A stretch of DNA of 64,000 nucleotides from Octopus vulgaris (GCA_951406725.2 OX597828.1:63550001-63614000), one strand, 5' to 3'; shown: positions 39,687 through 55,343, numbered from the stretch's first letter. Program-made: numbers and translations. Notes: generated by a model not told the origin, from the letters alone.

Positions 39687-39768
39687 CGTACGTACATACA
39701 TACATACATACATACATACATACATACATACATACATACGTACGTACGTACGTACATACATACATACA

Positions 39769-39800
<32 letters not shown>

Positions 39801-40233
39801 GAGTGGCCATTGTTTCCCACCTATAAAGCGCTTGGCAGTATAGGCGACTCGTCAGACACGAATGGCTGAAGGTGTATAACCTCTCTAGAAACTGGGGGAA
39901 GAAATACGTAACGGTCAGTTGGTTTTGTAAACAAAAATAATTTCCCTTGCATCAGCTCCGGCCATGGTGATGTTAAAGGATGAACAATGAATTTAGGACC
40001 CTATTAATATTTACAATTGTTTCTGTACTACTCCGTTTTTACACCATTGCACGTAAGTGACTCCATGTGAAAAGCTACGCAATCCATGCCGCTGTTTATA
40101 TTGGAGTGGCACTTCATCAGATTAACCCAGTGTAAAAACGCACCTCTTGACGCCAGTCTGTGAAGTGCCACTCCAACGAAATCAACAATAAAGATTGCAT
40201 CACTTTTCAAATGGAAACATTAACGCGCAGAAC

Positions 40234-41347
40234 AGTGAAGCAAGGCTGCGTGATGACTCCCACACTCTTCAGCCTCTTGTTTACCACCATGGGTTTCCGC
40301 GGTGCCCTGTCAAAGTCTGATGCTGGTGTCACTATTCGCTACAGATGTGACGGCCGATTCTTTGACCTCAGACGTCTGAAGGCAAAAACCAAAGTCCTGG
40401 ACGCCCTAGTGAGAGATTTCCTGTTTACAGACGATTGAGCGCTTGCAGCATTGAATGAACCAGACCGGAAAGAACTTGCCACTTGTCTCGAAGCAGCAAA
40501 AGCCTTCGGACTGACCATTAACCTGCGATAAACTGAAGTGATACTTCAGCCTGCACCTGGCCTCAGATTAAGATTGAGGGCACAACTCTGAACAACGTGG
40601 AGAGCTTTACATACCTGGGAAGCTGCCTGTCCTCAAACTGCAGCATGGACAAAGATGTCTCCATGAGGCTTGCAAAAGCAGGAGCTTTGTTTGGCAGACT
40701 TTGGACACGTGTGTGGGCCGAACGAAGCATCAGACTTTCCACAAAACTGGCAGTCTATAGGGCAGTCGTCATCACCCCTCGGCTCTACGGACGCTGTATA
40801 GGAGGCAAATGAGAGTACTTGACCAGTTCCACCTCCGCTGCTTGCGAAGAATCATGGGAATTTCCTGGGAGGACAGAGTCTCCAACACTCAGGTGCTTCG
40901 CAGAGCCGAAATGCCTGGGATCGAAGCTCTCATCATGAAGTGATCCGGTGTGCCGGACATTTAGTCCGAATGGACGACACGCGTCTACCAAAGAGGATCA
41001 TCTTCTCTGAGCTGGCTTCTGGAGCAAGAAACCCTGGAAGGCCACTGAGGCGATACAAGGACAGCCTGAATACTTCCCTTGAGTCCTGCGGCATTTCAGC
41101 CCGTGGCTGGGAATCGTTTGCCTCTGACCGCGGCGCCCGGCGTCCAGCTGTCCAAATGGGCGTTAGGCTGTTCGAGGAAAAGCGTCTCAAGAGCCTGGAC
41201 CAGAAGCGACACGCCCGAAAAGAGAGGATCCCCAACCCTACTTCTGCTGTTACGTGCCCAACGTGGCCGCGTCTGCGCGTCCGCATTTGGTTTCCGCTCA
41301 CACCCTTGGTGTCCCTGACGTCATTGTTGAACCCCGACAGACTTCCA
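40234..41347 (+). mobile_element. RTE-clade LINE relic, duplicate copy
   Basis: Same ORF fragments as 29937-31050. Confidence 0.92.
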
Positions 41348-41422
41348 TTATGTACGTATGTATGTATGTATGTATGTATGTATGTATGTATGTATGTATG
41401 TATGTATGTATGTATGTCTGTA

Positions 41423-41457
<35 letters not shown>

Positions 41458-42198
41458 ATGTATGTATGTATGTATGTATGTATGTATGTATGTATGTATG
41501 TATGTATATGTGCAGGTTTGTATTTTTGTTTTATGTATATATTCTCATGCATATAGTTGCATATCTAGGCATGATCATATATATTTAAATGGTAAACTTC
41601 TGGAAAGTTTTACAGATTTTTAGTTCCAGTGATGGCTTGGCTCTGTAGTCTTTGAATCAGCTTTCTCCTTTCTTGGTTTGAGATGCCTACTTTCTCAAGA
41701 TTTTGTGTTACGTCTTCCAGTGTTCCAATAATTACTTGTAATCTGCATAAAGTAGCTATAAATTTCTCAATTGTTCAGCGAGGGTATTCTCTTTTCCACT
41801 GATCTTCAGCTTTTTTTTTTACTGAAATAATTAAAAGAATAAAAGAATATATATATATACATGTGTGTGTGTGTGTCTATTATATATATGTGTGTATGTA
41901 TATATATATATATATATATATTATCCATTGTATATATATACATATATATATACATACATACATACACACACGCATATATATACACACACACATATCTACG
42001 ACGGACGTCTTTCAGTCTCCATTTACCAAATCCACTCACAAAGCTTTGGTCGGTCTGAGGCTATAGTAGAAGACACCTGCTACACAGTGGGACTGAACCC
42101 GGAAACCATGTGGTTGGGAAGCAAGCTTCTTACCACACACAGAGAGATAGACAGACAGACACACACGCACACATACATACATACAGACAGACACACAT

Positions 42199-42263
<65 letters not shown>

Positions 42264-42746
42264 CTGTGCTCCAGCATGGTCGCTGTCAAATGACTGAAAC
42301 AAGAAATTAAAGAATATACATATACATACATAGATACATACATATAGGCGCAGGAGTGGCTGTGTGGTATGTAGCTGTGTGGTATGTAGGTTCCGGGTTT
42401 AGTCCCACTGCGTGGCATCTTGGGCAAGTGTCTTCTGCTATAGCCCCGGGCCGACCAATGCCTTGTGAGTGAATTTGGTAGACGGAAACTGAAAGAAGCC
42501 TGTCGTATATATGTATATATGTGTATATGTATGTATGTGTATGTGTTTGTGTGTCTGTGTTTGTACCCCTAGCATTGCTTGACATCCAATGCTGGTGTGT
42601 TTACGTCACCGTCACTTAGCGGTTCGGCCAAAGAGACCGATAGAATAAGTACTGGGCTTACAAAGAATAAGTCCTGGGGTCGATTTGCTCCAGCATGGCC
42701 GCAGTCAAATGACTGAAACATGTAAAAGAGTAAAAGAGTATGTATA

Positions 42747-42822
<76 letters not shown>

Positions 42823-43342
42823 CATACTCATTCGCACGCGCATCTGTGTTTGTGCGTATTTCTTGAATAAAATGTAATTTGCGTTCTTTCACATTCCTTA
42901 TGATAGCAAAATCCCATAAACATTTGAAAATAATAGAAACGCGCTCCAAGCATTCTACACTCCGATTACACCCAGATTAAGTGTTTATAGCCATCTCTTG
43001 GGTACAATCAATGTACCTTTAGAGAGTTCGGGGTATCAGAAATGTTGCAATAAATCTGTTGTGAAATGATTATAACTGCATCACCCACCCGTAATTAGTT
43101 TTAGGTTGTTAAGAAGCTGGGTACGAATAAGAGAAATTGATAATATGACCGAGAAACAGTTATATATAAATATATATGCTTGTCTATTTATATATGTATA
43201 TATGCATATGTATATTATATATATGTGTGTGTATATAGTTGTCTTTTATAGGTTTATTGTTTTAGGAAAGCATCTCCGCTTTCGTTCATTCGTAAATCTC
43301 TTCGGAAAAGTATATTTACAAGCATGTCTGCACACACACACG

Positions 43343-43426
<84 letters not shown>

Positions 43427-44035
43427 AAAGTGTTTATGTGTATATATATATTTTGAATGTGTATATATATATATATATACTACTATGCACGCACGCTCAT
43501 ACACACATAAATACATATGCATACCCATATATATATATATATATATATAGGTAATGTATAGATACACATACATATGCATATACTAAAAACATGTTAATGT
43601 ATGCCAAGTGAGTGAATTCCACTTTAAGGCATGTGATTTAATATAAACGTACCCCATGGAGGTACTGGATTGTGTTTCTGAAACATAGGTGCAACAGTGG
43701 GGAACTAATATAACAAAATAAAAGAAGAACGAATAACGAGACATCCTTAACCAAAGGAAAGAAATTTAAATTCTGTTAAATTATATATACGCGCTACAAG
43801 GTGTGCTATATAAACCATGGTGTTTATATAGCAAATCGAGAATTAACAAGGTTCGAACTCGTTGTCCATCTGCATAAACAATCAACTTTAAAAGTACACA
43901 AAACAAGTGCAGTCTTAATAGGATTAGAATTGCAAGCTTTATAATCTAAACAGTTCTCAAAATTCATCAGCTTTGTATCCCTAAAGAATTTATGAGAGGC
44001 GCCACAAACAAGAATTCATTTGTGTGTATGTGTGT

Positions 44036-44091
<56 letters not shown>

Positions 44092-45884
44092 TATACTTAT
44101 GTAGGGTTGAATGGGGAAGAGGGACGCGGAGAAAGAGAAAGAGATTATTGGAATTAATTGCCACTTGAGGCATGTACATTAAAATAAACACATTTAGCTG
44201 GAGCATAATTCTGTTATTGAAAACTAGGTACATTTACGAAACACAATCAGTAAGTCTTCTACCTTCGTACACCTTTACTCTAGAATATATGTTTATTTTA
44301 ATGTAGATATGCCTACAGTCGTTTCCATTTCGGCCCTGTTTATTCTTAGATGTAATATTAGTGTTCATTGTCGTCTGGTATCTGCTGAAGATAAACTCCA
44401 ACTGTTGGTGTGAAAAAAGAAAGGTGACAGGTCTGCGAGACGGAACGAACAAACCAAGTTGTTTTCTCAAAAATGTGCAATTGTCTGCCGCTGATAACGA
44501 TCAAGGAGCGTCTAATTTGCTTCGGGCTTCACGAATACACACGCCTCAAATACACGTGCATGTGTGTGTGTATGCGCATTTCTTAATACACACACACATG
44601 TATAAACTTACATGCATGCTTACATACAAACATGTTTATCTCTTATACAGGCTTATGTATGTATGTATATATGCATGCATATGTATATATGTATATATAT
44701 AAAGTTAATCCAAACAAGAAAACAGAAAAGACAACAACGCAAGGAGTTGGAACAATTAAAGTATTATTAGGCGCTCAGGAAAAAAGGGAAGAAGGAGGGT
44801 ATGACGTTTCGAGCGGAGCTCTTCGTCGGAAACATAGGAGAAAGAAAGATCCCGAGGTGGGAGGACAGATGGAAAAAAAATGCAAGTGGTCTCACGAGGT
44901 CATATGTATATATGTGTACTGAGACTAGGTCATACTTCTCATTGTAGAGGCTGTTTCTCATCGAGGAGAGTTATCGCCTCGAAGGGCGATAACTACGCTA
45001 AGCCGTTTGAGACTGACTAAAAAGGATTTTGCAACCGATTTTTCCGAGTTACGATTTTGGAAATTTTCGAGGAAAAACCTCTCCCGAATGGTGAGCATTG
45101 GACAATGTTTCTAGCTCTGGATTAAGAGATTGCACCAGTTGCTTCAAGATTTCAAGTTTGTCAGTTGGTACCTACATTTTCTTCTCTTGCTAATCTATGA
45201 GTTACCCTCTTAATCCTGCATCATGTCAATGAAGCGCACACTCGCTCTTGGTTTCTGAGTTTCAGATAAACTGCAACAGAAATATAGCATTATCCGCGCA
45301 TTTTGATCTGAATGAGTGTAGATGTTGAAGGAAGCGACGCTTGAAAGAGTTTATCTTTATATCCATATATTTTCAATATCGCTCGGATATGCTACCTTTG
45401 CACGTTATGCGACTTCTCTCAAGAGGGAGGATTCCTAAATACACATATCGGAAAGTTTCTAATTTGTTAGTGGGGTGGTGACTGTGTGTGTGTATGTGTG
45501 CGCCGCGCTCGGAAGTGTTTGCAGAGCTCTCATTGAATCTGAAAAGTTACGTTGTCCATACAAGAATAATTAGCCTTAACGTTGTGAGAGTTAATATTCT
45601 GGTGCATGTATTCTTTTGAATAGTATCAGTGGAGTTTTCGAAACATGTGTCGAAAGTAAAAATATTTGATTACACCTGCGTTAACTCCATTTTTTTAATT
45701 CATATATATATATATGTATGTATATATGTATATATAATAACAATATTAACTGGCGAACAACTGGTACAAGATCACATTATGACATATATTTAAACATTGA
45801 CACAACTTGAGGGTGGACAGTGAGGCAAATTGAACACTAACCGTATATATCTATCTTATGTAATCAGACGTAATATTGCTTGAA

Positions 45885-46001
<117 letters not shown>

Positions 46002-46054
46002 TATACACATATATATATATATATACACATATATATACATATATATATATATAC

Positions 46055-46101
<47 letters not shown>

Positions 46102-46633
46102 TATATATACACATATATATATTTACACACATATATATATACACATATATACATATATATATACAGATATATATATATACATATATATATATATACGTAT
46201 ATATATACATATATATATATACTCTTTTACTCTTTTACTTGTTTCAGTCATTTGACTGTGGCCATGCTGGAGCACCACCTTTTTAGTCGAGCAAATCGAC
46301 CCCAGCACTTATTCTTTGTAAGCCTAGTACTTATTCTATCGGTCTCTTTTTGCCGAACCGCTAAGTTACGGGGACGTAAACACACCAGCATCGGTTGTCA
46401 AGCGATGTTGGGGGGACTAACACAGACACACAAACATATACACATACACATACATATATATATACATATATACGACGGGCTTCTTTCAGTTTCCGTCTAC
46501 CAAATCCACTCACAAGGCCTTGGTCGGCCTGAGGCTATAGTAGAAGACACTTGCCCAAGGTGCCACGCAGTGGGACTGAACCCGGAACCGTGTGGTTGGT
46601 TAGCAAGCTACTTACCACACAGCCACTCCTACG

Positions 46634-46684
<51 letters not shown>

Positions 46685-46689
<5 letters not shown>

Positions 46690-48233
46690 TTAGCAACGAA
46701 TTGCCTTACCACAGACCGAATTTAGAAATAGCAGTCAAAGAGTTATAGCTATTTCTTCTACTAAAAAGAGAGATCTCAGTAAAAAACACAGCAATTGGAA
46801 GGCAGACACAAACAGGTAAGAGAGAATGAATTGACGACAATCTATCATACAATTTTAAGTTATCTACGGACGCACGTTTCGAAATCAAGTTTTTAGGAAA
46901 GCATAAGAATTAAATATTAAATAATTCTACCTTACCCAAACTTCTTTTCTCTTCAGCGTAGAATACTATAATCATAAATGATTATATATTGAATTTTGAG
47001 ATACTAGAAGGCACCAACTCAACTCAGTATCAGAGCGAGCTAGAATCCGCAGCTAGTATCACCAAATTCAAAGTGTGAATGAAAGGATTGTGTCACCAGC
47101 CCCTTCCCACCCGCGTGTAGCCAAAACAAGATGCTATGGTCATCTACTGAGATAAAATATGGTTATCCGTAATAATGAAGGGTGAAATTAATTAATTTGG
47201 AAAAATTATCAATTACACCAAGTAGTCTTCGGCATGTAAAAGCCTCATTCGAGGAACATTTAAGTAATACTAAGCAATAAAGGGTTTAGCAACGAATTGC
47301 CTTACCACAGACCGAATTTAGAAATAGCAGTCAAAGAGTTATAGCTATTTCTTCTACTAAAAAGAGAGATCTCAGTAAAAAACACAGCAATTGGAAGGCA
47401 GACACAAACAGGTAAGAGAGAATGAATTGACGACAATCTATCATACAATTTTAAGTTATCTACGGACGCACGTTTCGAAATCAAGTTTTTAGGAAAGCAT
47501 AAGAATTAAATATTAAATAATTCTACCTTACCCAAACTTCTTTTCTCTTCAGCGTAGAATACTATAATCATACTATACTTGGTGTAATTGATAATTATTC
47601 CAAATTAATTAATTTCACCCTTCATTATTACGGATAACCATATTTTATCTCAGTAGATGACCATAGCATCTTGTTTTGGCTACACGCGGGTGGGAAGGGG
47701 CTGGTGACACAATCCTTTCATTCACACTTTGAATTTGGTGATACTAGTTGCGGATTCTAGCTCGCTCTGATACTGAGTTGAGTTGGTGCCTTCTAGTATC
47801 TCAAAATTCAATATATAATCATTTATGATTATAGTATTCTACGCTGAAGAGAAAAGAAGTTTGGGTAAGGTAGAATTATTTAATATTTAATTCTTATGCT
47901 TTCCTAAAAACTTGATTTCGAAACGTGCATCCGTAGATAACTTAAAATTGTATGATAGATTGCCGTCAATTCATTCTCTCTTACCTGTTTGTGTCTGCCT
48001 TCCAATTGCTGTGTTTTTTACTGAGATCTCCCTTTTTAGTAGAAGAAATAGCTATAACTCTTTGACTGCTATTTCTAAATTCGGTCTGTGGTAAGGCAAT
48101 TCGTTGCTAAACCCTTTATTGCTTAGTATTACTTAAATGTTCCTCGAATGAGGCTTTTACATGCCGAAGACTACTTGGTGTAATTGATAATTATTCCAAA
48201 TTAATTAATTTCACCCTTCATTATTACGGATAA

Positions 48234-48235
<2 letters not shown>
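46685..48235. mobile_element. Duplicate of the 596-bp-unit HHR element
   Basis: Unit starts at 46685 and 47281; same inversion junction. Confidence 0.85.
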
Positions 48236-48304
<69 letters not shown>

Positions 48305-48364
48305 CGGGAAGCTTTATGAAAATAAACAAAAGACGAAGGCAGGTCGAAAACAAACGAACAATTG

Positions 48365-48423
<59 letters not shown>

Positions 48424-48791
48424 AAAATTGAGGGAGATAAATTAATATTAATTTTAATATCAATTTAAAACCAGTAGTCCAGCATTCAAAAGATCTGAGG
48501 AGTCAGAGAAAATTCAAATATATGTGTATATTGGCAGGGCTGGCCTGCTAGGTAGCCGGCCAGAATGCTAGAAGAAGATCATCAACGATCAAACTACAAG
48601 GGAAATTCTCTACAGGAAGAATTCAGCGAACACCAGAACCAACTTTGGCGGGCAGGACATATGAGTCCTGCCCGCCAAAGTTGGTTCTGGTGTTCGCTGA
48701 ATTCTTCCTGTAGAGAATTTCCCTTGTAGTTTGATCGTTGATGATCTTCTTCTAGCATTCTGGCCGGCTACCTAGCAGGCCAGCCCTGCCA

Positions 48792-48860
<69 letters not shown>

Positions 48861-48994
48861 TATATGAAAGAATGGAGTTGAACGACTAGTTAACAAATAT
48901 CCTTTATTCTCGACATATGTTTCGAAGGCTGCATATTCCTAATTCCGAAGGTTATCTTTCGAATTATCCTTAATAAGATAATTCATTCAATTAT

Positions 48995-49467
<473 letters not shown>

Positions 49468-49950
49468 GTTTTAATTATATACGTAATTATAACAAGGGAT
49501 TGGCTATAAACCTCTCCGTGCGTTAGAAATAGACGCGAAAAGACGCTTAAAAACTGCAAAAAATAAAACACGAGCTGTAGCCAGGTAAAAGAAAGATAAC
49601 GAATTACACTTTTGGTTTATCTCTTATACAGTCCAATGCATGCATGTATGTATGCATGCGTTTATATATGTATGTCCGTATGTCCGTATGTGTGCATGTA
49701 TGTGTATTGAAACTAGGTCATACTTTTCATTCGACACAAATCGAGGCGCGTATTGCACGTGCAATGTATTGTACATGAACTTCTACGTAATTTTAACTTT
49801 TATTTATGGTATTTAAATGAAAATATATTTTAATTAACTAAAATTGTGACATTTTCTGTGATATTGTCCCTTTCTTTCGCTTCTTTTCTTTATGTTCACT
49901 TACTCTAATCGAATTTGTGTTTTTTTCCGGGTGCGGTCAATTGTAATATC

Positions 49951-50143
49951 TTGGTACAAGGCCAGCATATACAGGGTAGGGGAGCGGCTAAGTCGATTAC
50001 ATTGAGCCCAGTGCTTAACTGGTACTTATTTTATCGACTCCCCGAAAGGATGAAAGTCGACTGCGGCAGAATTTGAACTCGGAACGTATAAGGTGACGAA
50101 ATGACGCTAAGCGTTTTGTCCAGTACGGTAACAATTCTGCCAG
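49951..50143 (-). mobile_element. SINE family C (Deu/Nin-like domain)
   Basis: Minus GAGTTCAAATTCTGCC..CTTTCATCCTTTCGGGGAGTCGATAAAATAAGTACCAG resembles the Deu/Nin central domain. Confidence 0.75.
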
Positions 50144-50345
50144 TGGTCAGTTGTAATATTCAGTGATAAGAATGATCATGGTGATACTTCCGGTTCTGAT
50201 TGGAAACGGAGAAGTAGCGTTGTTGTGGTTGTTGTTGACTGCAAGTTTTGCTGTTCCTTAGCCCCAGGTTAAACCCCGCCCACAAACCTATTTTCTGTGA
50301 CCTATGACCGTTACATATTCTATTCAGGCATTGTATATCTAAGAT

Positions 50346-50449
50346 TCACGTTGAAAGCACCGGTTCTCGTCCGATCACCGAGGTTAAGCAACGTCGAGCC
50401 TAGTTAGTACTGAGATGGTGACCGCTTGGGAAACCTAGGTGCTGTAAGC
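50346..50449 (+). pseudogene. 5S rRNA: 5S rRNA pseudogene, 5'-truncated
   Basis: TCACGTTGAAAGCACCGGTTCTCGTCCGATCACCGAGGTTAAGCAACGTCGAGCCTAGTTAGTACT..GATGGTGACCGCTTGGGAAACCTAGGTGCTGTAAGC; lacks about 13 5' nt, C box altered, no oligo-T terminator. Confidence 0.9.
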
Positions 50450-50462
50450 GTCACGCATTATA

Positions 50463-50639
50463 GGCGTTGGAGTGTCTGTGTGGTAAGTATCTTGCTTACG
50501 AACCACATGGTTCCGGGTTCAGTCCCACTGCGTGGCACCTTGGAGAGGTGTCTTCTACTATAGCCTCGGGCCGACCAAAACCTTGTGAGTAGATTTGGTA
50601 GACGGAAACTGAAAGAAGCCTGTCGTATATATGTGTATA

Positions 50640-50690
<51 letters not shown>

Positions 50691-50913
50691 ATGTGTGTGT
50701 GTGTGTGTGTGTATGTTTGTGTGTCTGTGTCTCCCCAACATCGCTTGACAGCCGATGCTGGTGTGTATACGTCCCCGTAACTTAGCGGTTCGGCGAAAGA
50801 AACCGATAGAATAAGTTCTAGGCTTACAAAGAATAACTCCTGGGGTCGATTTGCTCGACTAAAGGCAGTGCTCCAGCATGGCCACAGTCAAATAACTGAA
50901 ACAAGTAAAAGAG
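50463..50913 (+). mobile_element. SINE family A, full length
   Basis: Head GGCGTTGGAGTGTCTGTGTGGTAAG through tail ACTGAAACAAGTAAAAGAGT. Confidence 0.92.
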
Positions 50914-51657
50914 TGTGATCTTTCGTTCAAAACACGGTATAGAGTGATTTAAGGCAGATTTTGACTGCCATTTCCAGCGGGCCTACTGGTTATAAACAGG
51001 TCACAACTTTGGAAGCGTGGCGGCACAGGTCGGTGACGGAACGTTCAGTTCATGTGATTATGTTGATATCGTGGTGGTGTGGTGTTGATGAAGATAATGA
51101 TGATGGTGGTGGCGCAGGGTGTTACGCTAAGGGCAGTTGGGGTGATGGTGGTGGCAGAGGTGTGGTGGTTGCGATGGTAGTTATGTTGATACTGAAGATG
51201 GAGTTGGTGGTGATGTTGGTGGTGTTGGTGGGGCCGAAGTTTGTCAACCAACCAACTTATGGATGTCTTTCTTGGCAGTCGGCCTGAATAGCACCACGCC
51301 GATTCTCTTTACAACCGAAGCTTAACTAACACCATCACCACCACTGCTATTAACCCTACCACCATCATCATTATCATCGGCAGCAGCATCCGCACCACCC
51401 TCTAACATTTAGATGTGGGTGGACAAAGAGATAAATAATAAGGCAAAAGGTATCAGCGAATGAAATGAAATAACGACGTGTATAAATAGAATGCCGAATG
51501 GTTTGAATGTCATTGCACTGATACGCGCATGCATACCTATATTTATATGTACGTACAAATATGCCTATATATGTGTGTGCGTGTATATGTATGCATATGT
51601 GTATGTATGTATGTATGTATGTATGTATGTATGTATGTATGTATGTATGTATGTATG

Positions 51658-51716
<59 letters not shown>

Positions 51717-51757
51717 GTGTGCATGTGTGTACGTACAAATATGCCTATACCTATATA

Positions 51758-53351
51758 CACTGGCCACACCGATGATAGCAGTTCTATTCCTTCATTAATT
51801 TATTTAAAACAAAACTGTATCAGATTATATTACGTTTTGCCGTTTGTGTAGAAGTTTTTTTTCTTTCGAATGATACAGGCGTTAGATATATTTTAACAAT
51901 TTGAGTGATCTTATTGCGCAATTAATTGAAATGATTAAAAATTGTGGGCAAAATAAGTTTAAGATTGTACCAACATTATTTTCTTTAAATTGAAAGTTTA
52001 CAGCACAAATGATCAACAAACAAAAATTTATTATTTGTATCTCGTAGTTCCTTAGCCATTATTTTCAATATAGACATGGAGTTCGACAAATGAGCACAAA
52101 AATCACTTGGAATGTCCTGCCATTAATGAAATTATATAATTGGGACATATTTGTTGTTTTTTTTAAAGCATGAACTCTTTTAGAAACATAATTCCATAAA
52201 TTTTCTGTCAGATTCAAATCCGGGTTCTGTGGAGGCCACTCAAGAACCACCATATTATTGCGCTTAAAATATTGCAAAACTTTTCTAGCCTTATCAACGG
52301 GGTAATTGTCCTGCTGGAAAAATAGATCCCGGTGGCGTCTGATTACTTAAATATGGCAGCACATTTTCACTTTTAATTGCAGATAACCTACACTGTTCAG
52401 TCTGCCATCATCCTTAACAATTGGACCAACACCTAAGCTGCTGAACATAGCTCACACCGTTACCCCACCACCTGCTGCTTTCTTGACACACTTAGGATGG
52501 AATTCTTCAGTTGGATGGTGTCTTTGCATCCTTGGATCAGTCTTTCCGTTTGATCCTAAGATGCAGAAGCGAGATTCATTGCTCCAAAGAACTTTTGACC
52601 AGTCTTCAAACGTCCATTCAATATGGCTTTTAGCAAACTTGATTCGCTTCCGCCGGTTCGTCTCAGAAATCATCGACTTCTTTCGAGCGATCTGGCCGAA
52701 CAGTCCAAATTCTTTTAGGTAGTTTCTGACAGTTTGTGGGGTAAAGCTGATGTCAGTTTCATCAGATAATTGCTTGCAAATATCCACTGCTGTTAACATT
52801 CGGTTACCTTCAGAGAGCCTATGAACTCGCCGATCCAGCTGTACTGTTGTTCTTCTCGGAGCGCCGACCTTTGTATTGGCCAATGGCTTGGTAAAGCTTC
52901 CATGCTTCAACACAAGCCGTTTTGCTGCATCTTAATTGCTTGCTAATGTTCATGAAGGACACATTTTGCTGATGAAGCCACACGATCTTTGATCTAGTAA
53001 CCGGGCTGGTATTACGACGCTTTCCCATAGCGAATTAATATGTAACAATGTTCGATTGTTAAAAAAACAGAGCAGTACGACCAACCATATGGCCACCCAT
53101 TTGGTTTATTAATTTGTATAATCATGGTACGGTCTTAAATTTATTTTGCTGACAGTTTTTAATCATTTTAATTAATTGCGCGTTAGAATTATTCAAATTG
53201 TAGAAAGATATATAACCCTTGTATCATTCGAAAGAGAAAAAACTTCTACACAAACGGCAAAACGTAATATAATCTGATACAGTTTTGTTTAAAATAAATT
53301 AATGAAGGAATAGAACTGTTATCATCGGTCTTAAACTTATTTTGGCCAGTG
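51758..53351 (-). mobile_element. Tc1-family (DD34E) transposon with ~220-bp IR-DR terminal repeats; transposase pseudogene ~53028 to 52030
   Basis: Ends TA|CACTGGCCA...TGGCCAGTG; inner and outer repeat CAAAATAAGTTTAAGA; motifs GAPRRTT, WSKVLWSNESRF, FQQDN, WPPQNPDLNLTENLW in shifted frames. Confidence 0.92.
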
Positions 53352-53391
53352 CATGAATGCATGCATGTATGTATGTATTTATGTATGTATA

Positions 53392-53438
<47 letters not shown>

Positions 53439-53642
53439 ATGTGTGTGTGTGTGTTCATATATGCACGTATATATAATAAATGCAATGAGTACAAAAAGAA
53501 CGAAGACAACACGAGAGAAAAGTTTTAAAAATGCATGAATTTAACACTTAGAAAGGAGAGTTTTGACGTTTCGGACAGAAGGAAAAATCGCCGAGGGACA
53601 CACACAACATTATATATATATATAGACGTGTGTGTGTGTATA

Positions 53643-54716
53643 CTAGGTGCATTCCTAAAGCTTTGAGACTTTCTTTTAGGAAACGCAGATATATAACCAT
53701 CCTAGATTATTGCAATTTTAGTCTATCATCAATACACATCTAATAAGGTGACCTGGCAACGTTTTTAAAATTCCAGAATGAAGGGGACACAGCTGTACGA
53801 GCACTTTAAGCACAGCCTCCTGACTAGTTTGCAGAATGCAGTCAGGACACTGAAACAATTTAGAAGCTCGCCATGCAATAAAGTTTTGTGTCAAACTGAG
53901 CCAAAACGCCACATAAACATATTGAAAGCTGCAGACTGTTTGTAGATTAACTTGTATGGGTCGAGCACCTGTTTTTCGTAAGAGAACGATAGGGAAGAGG
54001 CGAGAGACGATGAGGGAGGGAGAGGGGGACGTCCAGATGATTAGAACTGGTTGAGAAAATAGGCAATGTTCTGGATGAAGACCGTCGTGTGTCAATAAAA
54101 ACAATAAGCGGGGAGTCTGGAGAGTTGGTGCATCAAATGTACACAGAATTTGTTCATGAAGACCTGAATATGCGCAAAATTTTCGCAAAGTTTGTTCACA
54201 GGTTGTTGCTCATTGACAAACAAAAGGAAAGACGCGTTGGTGATAGCAGGGGGGTGGTTGACCTTATTGCCGCTAGTACAAGAATACTTGTGTTGCTCTG
54301 GTGACCTGTGGCGAAAGTTGGACCTACAGTTATGATCTGGAGACAAAGAGACAGAGTACCTAATGGATCCCTCAAACCCAAGAAGGCCAGGCAAAGCTTA
54401 TGATCCCCCTTTTCAACAGCAAGTGTATCATCCATATCCACTGGGTTCCTTCGTACCAGGCGGTCAACAAAGAGAATTTTGTGGAGGCTCTGAGGATAGC
54501 GTTCAGGAAAAGTTTTCGTCACAAAAGGCCAGAGCTCTTCCACTGGCGTTTGTGGAACATGCACCAAAACAATGCATCAAGACAATGCACAAGTCCACAG
54601 TTCCATCTTGGTAACCAGCGACTTGACAGCGATGGGCATCAAAGCTATCCTTCATCCTCCCTACAGTCCAGACCTTGTTGCCGGTGACTTTTGGTTGTTC
54701 TCCAAGCTGAAGGAGC
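53643..54716 (+). mobile_element. Mariner (DD34D) transposase pseudogene
   Basis: AIKFCVKL, HEDLNMRKIFAKFVHRLL, HKRPELF, HQNNAS, HPPYSPDLVAGDFWLFSKLKE; several frameshifts; 3' truncated. Confidence 0.88.
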
Positions 54717-55254
54717 AGGGCTTAGTAAATTAATTTGGTATCTAAAAGACCACAATAAACAATTTAATTTAGATTGCTTGATTCTCTCAATTTCGATACC
54801 TTATGATAAAGGCAAGTCTTCTCTGTAATTCTGAATATTTTTTATTCTTTTTTCTAAAAATCTCCTTGTAAACACCGTTATAGAGCGTGCATACTGATGT
54901 TAACATTGGCAGAAACATACCTTTAGTTCATATAACTAATATCTATCATTATATTTAATTTAAACATTAATTTTCTTCTTACATTTCCCATTCACTAGAT
55001 ATATCTTTTTCCAAGATTTTAGGGTTTTATTTAATATACATATCGTTATATACATATCGTTATATACATATCGTTATATACTTCTCATTTATTTGGGGTT
55101 TTTTCTTTCCTTTACCCCTCCTCTTTCTATAGGCTACATTTGACGTTATATCCTCTAGAGTTTTTTTAAAAACTAACTTAATAGCTTTCAGTTAATCACT
55201 ACACATATCCATCATATTCTATTAAAATGTCTTATTGACGAGTTTCATTTCTTC

Positions 55255-55343
55255 ACTTCTCTGAAGAGAAGATTACATTGTTCTACACTATTTTATTCCT
55301 TTGGAATAATACCAGCGATATCTTCGAAACATGTGTCGGAAGT
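55255..55343 (+). ncRNA. Type I hammerhead ribozyme motif
   Basis: ACTTCT-CTGAAGA-GAAGAT...ATCTTC-GAAAC-ATGT-GTC-GGAAGT; downstream tail shared with 35350-35405 and 62364-62402 (reverse). Confidence 0.8.

Noticed and set aside
50346-50449. Functional 5S rRNA gene
   Set aside because: 5' end missing, C-box region altered, no T-run terminator, not in an array.
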